Positions 28,801-41,300 of a stretch of 48,000 nt of DNA are shown piece by piece. A program made the position numbers and the translations under genes. Source of the stretch: Eledone cirrhosa. Lineage: Eukaryota. Positions within the stretch are counted from its first letter, which is position 1, and each line of letters begins with the position of its first letter. The notes under the pieces were generated by a model. The model was not told the origin of the DNA. It saw only the letters and a list, made by a program, of their open reading frames with translations, and ran no database searches. The stretch is taken from positions 1 to 48,000 of the forward strand of contig CAXHJY010000245.1 in assembly GCA_964016885.1 (NCBI GenBank), read 5' to 3'.

Positions 28801-30450
28801 AACGGACCCCCCCATAAAAAAACGGGGGACCCAAATAAAAAACGCCCCCCCCCCCATAAAAAAACGGGTCATCGAAATAAAAAACGGACCCCCCCCATAA
28901 AAAAACGAGGCACCCAAATAAAAAACGCACCCACCCATAAAAAAACGGGGCACCCAAATAAAAAACGGGGTATCCAAATAAAAAGCGGACCCTCCCATAA
29001 AAAAACGAGGCACCCAAATAAAAAACGGACCCCCCCCATAAAAAAACGGGGCACCGAAATAAAAAACGGACCTCCCCCATAAAAAAACGGGGCACCCAAA
29101 TAAATAACGGGATACCCAAATAACCCCCCCCCATAAAAAAAACGGGGCACCCAAATAAAAAACGGACCCCCCACATAAAAAAAACGGGGCACCCAAATAA
29201 AAACGGACCCCCCCCATAAAAAAAACGGGGCACCCAAATAAAAAACGGGGTATCCAAATAAAAAACGGACATCCCCCATAAAGAAACCGGGTACCCAAAT
29301 AAAAAACGAGGTATCCAAATAGAAAACGGACCCCCCCATAAAAAAACGGGGGACCCAAATAAAAAACGGCCCCCCCCCATAAAAAAACGGGTCATCGAAA
29401 TAAAAAACGGACCCCCCCATAAAAAAACGAGGCACCCAAATAAAAAACGCACCCACCCATAAAAAACGGGGCACCCAAATAAAAAACGGGTATCCAAATA
29501 AAAAAACGGGGCCCCCAAATGAAAAACGGGGCACCCAAATAAAAAACGGACCCCCCCCCATAAAAAAACGGGGCACCCAAATAAAGAACGGGGTATCCAA
29601 ATAAAAAACGGACCCCCCCATAAAAAAACGGGGCACCCAAATAAAAAACGGGGTACCCAAATAAAAAAACGGACCCCCCATAAAAAAACGGGGCACCCAA
29701 ATAAAAAACGGGGTATCCAAATAAAAAACGGACCCCCCCCATAAAAAAACGGGGCACCCAAATAAAAAACGGACACCCCATAAAAAAAACGGGGCACCCA
29801 AATAAAAAACGGACCCCCCCATAAAAAAACGGGGCACCCAAATAAAAAACGGACCACCCCATAAAAAAACGGGGCACCCAAATAAAAAACGGACCCCCCC
29901 CCCATAAAAAAACGGGGCACCCAAATAAAAAACGGGACCCCCCCATAAAAAAACGGGACACCCAAATAAAAAACGGGGCACCCAAATAAAAAACGGATCC
30001 CCCCATAAAAAAACGGGGCACCCAAATAAAAAACGGGGTACCCAAATAAAAAACGGGGTACCCAAATAAAAAACGGACCCCCCCATAAAAAAACGGGGCA
30101 CCCAAATAAAAAACGGGGTACCCAAATAAAAAACGGACCCCCCCCAAATAAAAAACGGGGCACCCAAATAAAAAACGGGACCCCCCCATAAAAAAACGGG
30201 GCACCCAAATAAAAAACGGGGCACCCAAATAAAAAACGGCCCCCTCCATAAAAAAACGGGGCACCCAAATAAAAAACGGGACCCCCCCATAAAAAACGGG
30301 GCACCCAAATAAAAAACGGACCCCCCCATAAAAAAACGGGGCACCCAAATAAAAAACGGACCCCCCCATAAAAAAACGGGGCACCCAAATAAAAAACGGG
30401 GCACCCAAATAAAAAACGGATCCCCCCCATAAAAAAACGGGGCACCCAAA
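25730..30450 (+). repeat. Near-identical copy of ~3590-8300 at 22.14-kb offset
   Basis: GTGGCACTCA 3708/25850, GCACAAAAATG 4766/26908, CATTAGAAAA 4811/26953 (all 22142), CGCGCCC 5471/27616, GGGATACCC 6961/29109, GGATCC 8267/30418. Confidence 0.9.
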
Positions 30451-31149
30451 TAAAAAACGGGCACCCAAATAAAAAACGGACCCCCCCCCATAAAAAAACG
30501 GGGCACCCAAATAAAAAACGGGGTACCCAAATAAAAAACGGGGTACCCAGATAAAAAACGGACCCCCCCATAAAAAAACGGGGCACCCAAATAAAAAACG
30601 GACCCCCCCATAATAAAACGGGGCACCCAAATAAAAAACGGACCCCCCTAATAAAACGGGGCACCCAAATAAAAAACGGGGTACCCAAATAAAAAACGGA
30701 CCCCCCCCATAAAAAAACCGGGCACCCAAATAAAAAACGGGACCCCACCATAAAAAAACGGGGCACCCAAATAAAAAACGGACCACCCCCATAAAAAAAC
30801 GGGGCACCCAAATAAAAAACGGACCCCCCCCATAAAAAAACGGGGCACCCAAATAAAAAACGGGGTACCCAAATAAAAAACGGACCCCCCCCATAAAAAA
30901 ACGGGGCACCCAAATAAAAAACGCGACCCCCCATAAAAAAACGGGGCACCCAAATAAAAAACGGACCCCCCCCATAAAAAAACGGGGCACCCAAATAAAA
31001 AACGGACCCCCCATAAAAAAACGGGGCACCCAAATAAAAAACGGGGCACCCAAATAAAAAACGGATACCCCCCATAAAAAAACGGGGCACCCAAATAAAA
31101 AACGGGGCACCCAAATAAAAAACGGACCCCCCCATAAAAAAACGGGGTA

Positions 31150-34100
31150 CCCAAATAAAAAACGGACCCCCACCATAAAAAAACGGGGCACCCAAATAAA
31201 AAACGGGACCCCCCCATAAAAAAACGGGGCACCCAAATAAAAAACGGACCCCCCCATAAAAAAACGGGGCACCCAAATAAAAAACGGACCCCCCCCATAA
31301 AAAAACGGGGCACCCAAATAAAAAACGGGGTCCCCAAATAAAAAACGGACCCCCCCCCATAAAAAAAACGGGGCACCCAAATAAAAAACGGACCCCCCCC
31401 ATAAAATAACGGGGCACCCAAATAAAAAACGGGGTACCCAAATAAAAAACGGGGTACCCAGATAAAAAACGGACCCCCCCATAAAAAAACGGGGCACCCA
31501 AATAAAAAACGGGGCACCCAAATATAAAACGGGGCACCCAAATAAAAAACGGATCCCCCCCATAAAAAAACGGGGCACCCAAATAAAAAACGGGGCACCC
31601 AAATAGAAAACGGACCCCCCCATAAAAAAACGGGGCACCCAAATAAAAAACGGACCCCCCCATAAAAAAACGGGGCACCCAAATAAAAAACGGGGCACCC
31701 AAATAAAAAACGGACCACCCCCATAAAAAAACGGGGCACCCAAATAAAAAACGGGGTGCCCAAATAAAAAACGGGGTACCCAGATAAAAAACGGACCCCC
31801 CCATAAAAAAACGGGGCACCCAAATAAAAAACGGACCCCCCCCATAAAAAAACGGGGCACCCAAATAAAAAACGGGGTACCCAAATAAAAAACGGACCCC
31901 CCCCATAAAAAAACGGGGCACCCAAATAAAAAACGCGACCCCCCATAAAAAAACGGGGCACCCAAATAAAAAACGGACCCCCCCATAAAAAAACGGGGCA
32001 CCCAAATAAAAAACGGACCCCCCATAAAAAAACGGGGCACCCAAATAAAAAACGGGGCACCCAAATAAAAAACGGACCCCCCCATAAAAAAACGGGGCAC
32101 CCAAATAAAAAACGGACCCCCCATAAAAAAACGGGGCACCCAAATAAAAAACGGGGCACCCAAATAAAAAACGGATACCCCCCATAAAAAAAACGGGGCA
32201 CCCAAATAAAAAACGGACCCCCCCCCATAAAATAACGGGGCACCCAAATAAAAAACGGGGTACCCAAATAAAAAACGGGGTACCCAGATAAAAAACGGAC
32301 CCCCCCATAAAAAAACGGGGCACCCAAATAAAAAACGGGGCACCCAAATATAAAACGGGGCACCCAAATAAAAAACGGATCCCCCCCATAAAAAAACGGG
32401 GCACCCAAATAAAAAACGGGGCACCCAAATAGAAAACGGAACCCCCCCATAAAAAAACGGGGCACCCAAATAAAAAACGGACCCCCCCATAAAAAAACGG
32501 GGCACCCAAATAAAAAACGGGGCACCCAAATAAAAAACGGACCACCCCCATAAAAAAACGGGGCACCCAAATAAAAAACGGGGTACCCAAATAAAAAACG
32601 GGGTACCCAGATAAAAAACGGACCCCCCCATAAAAAAACGGGGCACCCAAATAAAAAACGGACCCCCCCATAAAAAAACGGGGCACCCAAATAAAAAACG
32701 GGGTACCCAAATAAAAAACGAACCCCCCCCATAAAAAAACGGGGCACCCAAATAAAAAACGGCCCCCTCCATAAAAAAACGGGGCACCCAAATAAAAAAC
32801 GGGGCACCCAAATAAAAAACGGGACACCCAAATAAAAAACGGACCCCCCCCCATAAAAAAAACGGGGCACCCAAATAAAAAACGGACCCCCCCCCCATAA
32901 AAAAACGGGGCACCCAAATAAAAAACGGGGTACCCAAATAAAAAACGGACCCCCCCATAAAAAAACGGGGCACCCAAATAAAAAACGGGACCCCCCCATA
33001 AAAAAACGGGGCACCCAAATAAAAAACGGACCCCCCATAAAAAAACGGGGCACCCAAATAAAAAACGGACCCCCCCCATAAAAAAACGGGGCACCCAAAT
33101 AAAAAACGGGGTACCCAAATAAAAAACTGACCCCCCCCATAAAAAAAACGGGGCACCCAAATAAAAAACGGACCCCCCCATAAAAAAACGGGGCACCCAA
33201 ATAAAAAACGGGGTACCCAAATAAACAGCGGGTTACCCAGATAAAAAACGGACCCCCCCATTAAAAAACGGGGCACCCAAATAAAAAACGGGGCACCCAA
33301 ATATAAAACGGGGCACCCAGATAAAAAACGGACCCCCCCATAAAAAAACGGGGCACCCAAATAAAAAACGGACCCCCCCCATAAAAAAACGGGGCACCCA
33401 AATAAAAAACGGGGTACCCAAATAAAAAACGACCCCCCCCCATAAAAAAACGGGGCACCCAAATAAAAAACGGCCCCCTCCATAAAAAAACGGGGCACCC
33501 AAATAAAAAACGGGGCACCCAAATAAAAAACGGGACACCCAAATAAAAAACGGACCCCCCCCCATAAAAAAAACGGGGCACCCAAATAAAAAACGGACCC
33601 CCCCCCCATAAAAAAACGGGGCACCCAAATAAAAAACGGGGTACCCAAATAAAAAACGGACCCCCCCATAAAAAAACGGGGCACCCAAATAAAAAACGGG
33701 ACCCCCCATAAAAAAACGGGGCACCCAAATAAAAAACGGACCCCCCATAAAAAAACGGGGCACCCAAATAAAAAACGGACCCCCCCCATAAAAAAACGGG
33801 GCACCCAAATAAAAAACGGGGTACCCAAATAAAAAACTGACCCCCCCCCATAAAAAAAAACGGGGCACCCAAATAAAAAACGGACCCCCCCATAAAAAAA
33901 CGGGGCACCCAAATAAAAAACGGGGTACCCAAATAAACAGCGGGTTACCCAGATAAAAAACGGACCCCCCCATTAAAAAACGGGGCACCCAAATAAAAAA
34001 CGGGGCACCCAAATATAAAACGGGGCACCCAGATAAAAAACGGACCCCCCCATAAAAAACGGATCCCCCCCATAAAAAAACGGGGCACCCAAATAAAAAA

Positions 34101-37100
34101 CGGACCCCCCCCATAAAAAAACGGGGCACCCAAATAAAAAACGGCCCCCCCATAAAAAAACGGGGCACCCAAATAAAAAACGGCCCCCCCCATAAAAAAA
34201 CGGGGCACCCAAATAAAAAACGGACCCCCACCATAAAAAAACGGGGCACCCAAATAAAAAACGGGACCCCCCATAAAAAAACGGGGCACCCAAATAAAAA
34301 ACGGACCCCCCCATAAAAAAACGGGGCACCCAAATAAAAAACGGACCCCCCCCATAAAAAAACGGGGCACCCAAATAAAAAACGGGGTCCCCAAATAAAA
34401 AACGGACCCCCCCCCATAAAAAAAACGGGGCACCCAAATAAAAAACGGACCCCCCCCATAAAATAACGGGGCACCCAAATAAAAAACGGGGTACCCAAAT
34501 AAAAAACGGGGTACCCAGATAAAAAACGGACCCCCCCATAAAAAAAACGGGGCACCCAAATAAAAAACGGGGCACCCAAATATAAAACGGGGCACCCAAA
34601 TAAAAAACGGATCCCCCCCATAAAAAAACGGGGCACCCAAATAAAAAACGGGGCACCCAAATAGAAAACGGACCCCCCCATAAAAAAACGGGGCACCCAA
34701 ATAAAAAACGGACCCCCCCATAAAAAAACGGGGCACCCAAATAAAAAACGGGGCACCCAAATAAAAAACGGACCACCCCCATAAAAAAACGGGGCACCCA
34801 AATAAAAAACGGGGTGCCCAAATAAAAAACGGGGTACCCAGATAAAAAACGGACCCCCCCATAAAAAAACGGGGCACCCAAATAAAAAACGGACCCCCCC
34901 CATAAAAAAACGGGGCACCCAAATAAAAAACGGGGTACCCAAATAAAAAACGGACCCCCCCCATAAAAAAACGGGGCACCCAAATAAAAAACGCGACCCC
35001 CCATAAAAAAACGGGGCACCCAAATAAAAAACGGACCCCCCCATAAAAAAACGGGGCACCCAAATAAAAAACGGACCCCCCATAAAAAAACGGGGCACCC
35101 AAATAAAAAACGGGGCACCCAAATAAAAAACGGACCCCCCCATAAAAAAACGGGGCACCCAAATAAAAAACGGACCCCCCATAAAAAAACGGGGCACCCA
35201 AATAAAAAACGGGGCACCCAAATAAAAAACGGATACCCCCCATAAAAAAACGGGGCACCCAAATAAAAAACGGGGCACCCAAATAAAAAACGGACCCCCC
35301 CATAAATAAACGGGGTACCCAAATAAAAAACGGACCCCCACCATAAAAAAACGGGGCACCCAAATAAAAAACGGGACCCCCCCATAAAAAAACGGGGCAC
35401 CCAAATAAAAAACGGACCCCCCCATAAAAAAACGGGGCACCCAAATAAAAAACGTACCCCCCCATAAAAAAACGGGGCACCCAAATAAAAAACGGGGTCC
35501 CCAAATAAAAAACGGACCCCCCCCATAAAAAAAACGGGGCACCCAAATAAAAAACGGACCCCCCCCATAAAATAACGGGGCACCCAAATAAAAAACGGGG
35601 TACCCAAATAAAAAACGGGGTACCCAGATAAAAAACGGACCCCCCCATAAAAAAACGGGGCACCCAAATAAAAAACGGGGCACCCAAATATAAAACGGGG
35701 CACCCAAATAAAAAACGGATCCCCCCCATAAAAAAACGGGGCACCCAAATAAAAAACGGGGCACCCAAATAGAAAACGGAACCCCCCCATAAAAAAACGG
35801 GGCACCCAAATAAAAAACGGACCCCCCCATAAAAAAACGGGGCACCCAAATAAAAAACGGGGCACCCAAATAAAAAACGGACCACCCCCATAAAAAAACG
35901 GGGCACCCAAATAAAAAACGGGGTACCCAAATAAAAAACGGGGTACCCAGATAAAAAACGGACCCCCCCATAAAAAAACGGGGCACCCAAATAAAAAACG
36001 GACCCCCCCATAAAAAAACGGGGCACCCAAATAAAAAACGGGGTACCCAAATAAAAAACGAACCCCCCCCATAAAAAAACGGGGCACCCAAATAAAAAAC
36101 GGCCCCCTCCATAAAAAAACGGGGCACCCAAATAAAAAACGGGGCACCCAAATAAAAAACGGGACACCCAAATAAAAAACGGACCCCCCCCCATAAAAAA
36201 AACGGGGCACCCAAATAAAAAACGGACCCCCCCCCCCATAAAAAAACGGGGCACCCAAATAAAAAACGGGGTACCCAAATAAAAAACGGACCCCCCCATA
36301 AAAAAACGGGGCACCCAAATAAAAAACGGGACCCCCCCATAAAAAAACGGGGCACCCAAATAAAAAACGGACCCCCCATAAAAAAACGGGGCACCCAAAT
36401 AAAAAACGGACCCCCCCCATAAAAAAACGGGGCACCCAAATAAAAAACGGGGTACCCAAATAAAAAACTGACCCCCCCCATAAAAAAAACGGGGCACCCA
36501 AATAAAAAACGGACCCCCCCATAAAAAAACGGGGCACCCAAATAAAAAACGGGGTACCCAAATAAACAGCGGGTTACCCAGATAAAAAACGGACCCCCCC
36601 ATTAAAAAACGGGGCACCCAAATAAAAAACGGGGCACCCAAATATAAAACGGGGCACCCAGATAAAAAACGGACCCCCCCATAAAAAAACGGGGCACCCA
36701 AATAAAAAACGGACCCCCCCCATAAAAAAACGGGGCACCCAAATAAAAAACGGGGTACCCAAATAAAAAACGAACCCCCCCCCATAAAAAAACGGGGCAC
36801 CCAAATAAAAAACGGCCCCCTCCATAAAAAAACGGGGCACCCAAATAAAAAACGGGGCACCCAAATAAAAAACGGGACACCCAAATAAAAAACGGACCCC
36901 CCCCCCCCATAAAAAAAACGGGGCACCCAAATAAAAAACGGACCCCCCCCCCATAAAAAAACGGGGCACCCAAATAAAAAACGGGGTACCCAAATAAAAA
37001 ACGGACCCCCCCATAAAAAAACGGGGCACCCAAATAAAAAACGGGACCCCCCATAAAAAAACGGGGCACCCAAATAAAAAACGGACCCCCCATAAAAAAA

Positions 37101-37580
37101 CGGGGCACCCAAATAAAAAACGGACCCCCCCCATAAAAAAACGGGGCACCCAAATAAAAAACGGGGTACCCAAATAAAAAACTGACCCCCCCCCATAAAA
37201 AAAACGGGGCACCCAAATAAAAAACGGACCCCCCCCATAAAAAAACGGGGCACCCAAATAAAAAACGGGGTACCCAAATAAACAGCGGGTTACCCAGATA
37301 AAAAACGGACCCCCCCATTAAAAAACGGGGCACCCAAATAAAAAACGGGGCACCCAAATATAAAACGGGGCACCCAGATAAAAAACGGACCCCCCCATAA
37401 AAAACGGATCCCCCCCATAAAAAAACGGGGCACCCAAATAAAAAACGGGGCACCCAAATAAAAAACGGACCCCCCCCATAAAAAAACGGGGCACCCAAAT
37501 AAAAAACGGCCCCCCCCATAAAAAAACGGGGCACCCAAATAAAAAACGGCCCCCCCCATAAAAAAACGGGGCACCCAAAT
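31150..37580 (+). repeat. ~3.06-3.34-kb duplication containing a nested ~0.71-kb duplication
   Basis: CAGCGGGTTACCCAG at 33226/33938/36567/37283, GGGGTGCCC 31753/34811, CGCGACCC 31934/34992. Confidence 0.88.
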
Positions 37581-37594
37581 AACGGGGCCCCGTT
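37581..37594. other. Array polarity switch: perfect 14-bp palindrome AACGGGGCCCCGTT
   Basis: The sequence reads ...GGGGCACCCAAAT AACGGGGCCCCGTT TTTTTATTGGGGGGGTCCG... All monomers upstream are in one orientation and all downstream are reverse-complemented. The ORF track flips from - to + here. Confidence 0.95.
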
Positions 37595-39069
37595 TTTTTA
37601 TTGGGGGGGTCCGTTTTTTATTTGGGTACCCCGTTTTTTATTTGGGTGCCCCGTTTTTTTATGGGGGGGTCCGTTTTTTATTTGGGTGCCCCGTTTTTTT
37701 TATGGGGTGTCCGTTTTTTATTTGGGTGCCCCGTTTTTTTATGGGGGGGGTCCGTTTTTTATTTGGATACCCCGTTTTTTATTTGGGTGCCCCGTTTTTT
37801 TATGGGGGGTCCGTTTTTTTATTTGGGTACCCCGTTTTTTATTTGGGTGCCCCGTTTTTTTATGGGGGGGTCCCGTTTTTTATTTGGGTGCCCCGTTTTT
37901 TTATGGGGGGGGGGTTTATTTGGGTACCCCGTTTTTTATTTGGGTGCCCCGTTTTTTTATGGGTGGGTCCGTTTTTTATTTGGGTGCCCCGTTTTTTATT
38001 TGGGGGGGTCCCGTTTTTTATTTGGGTACCCCGTTTTTTATTTGGGTGCCCCGTTTTTTTATGGGGGGGGGTCCGTTTTTTATTTGGGTGCCCCGTTTTT
38101 TATTTGGGTGCCCCGTTTTTTTATGGGGGGGTCCGTTTTTTATTTGGGTACCCCGTTTTTTATTTGGGTGCCCCGTTTTTTTATGGGGGGGGTCCGTTTT
38201 TTATTTGGGTGCCCCGTTTTTTTATGGGGGGGGTCCGTTTTTTATTTGGGTGCCCCGTTTTTTTATGGGGGGGTCCCGTTTTTTATTTGGGTGCCCCGTT
38301 TTTTTATGGGGGGGTCCCGTTTTTTATTTGGGTACCTCTTTTTTATGGGGGGGGTCCGTTTTTTATTTGGGTGCCCCGTTTTTTTATGGGGGGGTCCGTT
38401 TTTTAATTGGGTGCCCCGTTTTTTATTTGGGTGCCCCGTTTTTTATTTGGGTGCCCCGTTTTTTTATGGGGGGGGCCGTTTTTTATTTGGGTACCCCGTT
38501 TTTTATTTGGGTGCCCCGTTTTTTTTATGGGGGGGGTCCGTTTTTTATTTGGGTGCCCCGTTTTTTATTTGGGTGTCCCGTTTTTTTATGGGGGGTCCCG
38601 TTTTTTATTTGGGTGCCCCGTTTTTTTATGGGTGGGTCCGTTTTTTATTTGGGTACCCCGTTCTTTATTTGGGTGCCCCGTTTTTTTATGGGGGGGTCCG
38701 TTTTTTATTTGGGTGCCCCGTTCTTTTATGGGGGGGGTCCGTTTTTTATTTGGGTGCCCCGTTTTTTTATGGGGGGGTCCCGTTTTTTATTTGGGTGCCC
38801 CGTTTTTTTATGGGGGGGGTCCGTTTTTTATTTGGGTACCCCGTTTTTTATTTGGGTGCCCCGTTTTTTTATGGGGGGGGGTCCGTTTTTTATTTGGGTG
38901 TCCCGTTTTTTTATGGGGGGGTCCCGTTTTTTATTTGGGTGCCCCGTTTTTTTATTGGGGGGGTCCGTTTTTTATTTGGGTACCCCGTTTTTTATTTGGG
39001 TGTCCCGTTTTTTTATGGGGGGGGTCCGTTTTTTATTTGGGTGCCCCGTTTTTTTATGGGGGGGTCCGT

Positions 39070-41300
39070 TTTTTATTTGGGTGTCCCGTTTTTTTATGGG
39101 GGGGTCCCGTTTTTTATTTGGGTGCCCCGTTTTTTTATTGGGGGGGGTCCATTTTTTATTTGGGTACCCCGTTTTTTATTTGGGTGCCCCGTTTTTTTAT
39201 GGGGGGGTCCGTTTTTTATTTGGGTGCCCCGTTTTTTTATGGGGGGGTCCCGTTTTTTATTTGGGTGCCCCGTTTTTTTATGGGGGGGGTCCGTTTTTTA
39301 TTTGGGTACCCCGTTTTTTATTTGGGTACCCCGTTTTTTATTTGGGTGCCCCGTTTTTTTATGGGGGGATCCGTTTTTTATTTGGGTGCCCCGTTTTTTA
39401 TTTGGGTGTCCCGTTTTTTTATGGGGGGGTCCGGTCTTTTATTTGGGTGCCCCGTTTTTTTATGGGGGGGGTCCGTTTTTTATTTGGGTACCCCGTTTTT
39501 TATTTGGGTGCCCCGTTTTTTATGGGGGGGTCCGTTTTTTATTTGGGTGCCCCGTTTTTTTATGGGGGGGGTCCGTTTTTTATTTGGGTGCCCCGTTTTT
39601 TTATGGGGGGGTCCCGTTTTTTATTTGGGTGCCCCGTTTTTTTATGGGGGGATCCGTTTTTTATTTGGGTGCCCCGTTTTTTATTTGGGTGTCCCGTTTT
39701 TTTATGGGGGGGTCCGTTTTTTATTTGGGTGCCCCGTTTTTTATTTGGGTGCCCCGTTTTTTTATGGGGGGGTCCGTTTTTTATTTGGGTGCCCCGTTTT
39801 TTTATGGGGGGGTCCGTTTTTTATTTGGGTGCCCCGTTTTTTATTTGGGTGCACCGTTTTTTTATGGGGGGGATCCGTTTTTTATTTGGGTGCCCCGTTT
39901 TATATTTGGGTGCCCCGTTTTTTATTTGGGTGCCCCGTTTTTTTATGGGGGGGTCCGTTTTTTATCTGGGTACCCCGTTTTTTATTTGGGTACCCCGTTT
40001 TTTATTTGGGTGCCCGGTTTTTTTATGGGGGGGTCCGTTTTTTATTTGGGTGCCCCGTTTTTTTTATGGGGGGGGGGTCCGTTTTTTATTTGGGTGCCCC
40101 GTTTTTTATTTGGGTACCCCGTTTTTTATTTGGGTGCCCCGTTTTTTATTTGGGTGCCCCGTTTTTTTATGGGGGGGTCCGTTTTTTATTTGGGTGTCCC
40201 GTTTTTTTATGGGGGGGTCCCGTTTTTTATTTGGGTGCCCCGTTTTTTTATTGGGGGGGGTCCATTTTTTATTTGGGTACCCCGTTTTTTATTTGGGTGC
40301 CCCGTTTTTTTATGGGGGGGTCCGTTTTTTATTTGGGTGCCCCGTTTTTTTATGGGGGGGTCCCGTTTTTTATTTGGGTGCCCCGTTTTTTTATGGGGGG
40401 GGTCCGTTTTTTATTTGGGTACCCCGTTTTTTATTTGGGTACCCCGTTTTTTATTTGGGTGCCCCGTTTTTTTATGGGGGGATCCGTTTTTTATTTGGGT
40501 GCCCCGTTTTTTATTTGGGTGTCCCGTTTTTTTATGGGGGGGTCCGGTTTTTTATTTGGGTGCCCCGTTTTTTTATGGGGGGGGTCCGTTTTTTATTTGG
40601 GTACCCCGTTTTTTATTTGGGTGCCCCGTTTTTTATGGGGGGGTCCGTTTTTTATTTGGGTGCCCCGTTTTTTTATGGGGGGGGGGTCCGTTTTTTATTT
40701 GGGTGCCCCGTTTTTTTATGGGGGGGTCCCGTTTTTTATTTGGGTGCCCCGTTTTTTTATGGGGTTATCCGTTTTTTATTTGGGTGCCCCGTTTTTTATT
40801 TGGGTGTCCCGTTTTTTTATGGGGGGTGTCCGTTTTTTATTTGGGTGCCCCGTTTTTTATTTGGGTGCCCCGTTTTTTTATGGGGGGGTCCGTTTTTTAT
40901 TTGGGTGCCCCGTTTTTTTATGGGGGGGTCCGTTTTTTATTTGGGTGCCCCGTTTTTTATTTGGGTGCACCGTTTTTTTATGGGGGGGATCCGTTTTTTA
41001 TTTGGGTGCCCCGTTTTATATTTGGGTGCCCCGTTTTTTATTTGGGTGCCCCGTTTTTTTATGGGGGGGTCCGTTTTTTATCTGGGTACCCCGTTTTTTA
41101 TTTGGGTACCCCGTTTTTTATTTGGGTGCCCGGTTTTTTTATGGGGGGGTCCGTTTTTTATTTGGGTGCCCCGTTTTTTTTATGGGGGGGGGGTCCGTTT
41201 TTTATTTGGGTGCCCCGTTTTTTATTTGGGTACCCCGTTTTTTATTTGGGTGCCCCGTTTTTTATTTGGGTGCCCCGTTTTTTTATGGGGGGGTCCGTTT
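39070..41300 (-). repeat. ~1.115-kb tandem duplication in the right arm
   Basis: GTCCATTTTTT (A at 39151/40264), GCACCG 39851/40967, TGCCCGG 40011/41127. Confidence 0.85.

Larger units (their letters stand above)
1..37580 (+). repeat. Satellite-like tandem array, left arm (A/C-rich on + strand), ~20-bp monomers and ~40-bp dimers
   Basis: Continuous head-to-tail units AAATAAAAAACGGGGCACCC / ...GGGGTACCC / ...GGGGTATCC interleaved with AAATAAAAAACGGACCCCCCC+ATAAAAAAACGGGGCACCC. No non-repeat insert seen. The array runs off the window start. Confidence 0.98.

Noticed and set aside
328-37578. Long minus-strand ORFs (up to 2386 aa) as protein-coding genes
   Set aside because: They overlap in all three frames with the same low-complexity peptide, contain no recognisable domain, and end only where rare monomer variants create stops. 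Homopolymer indels between duplicated copies freely shift the frame.
37581-37600. Rho-independent terminator, or replication origin inferred from the skew switch
   Set aside because: The GC palindrome followed by a T-run is simply the fusion of two opposed monomers, with no loop or upstream gene. The skew flip follows trivially from repeat orientation.
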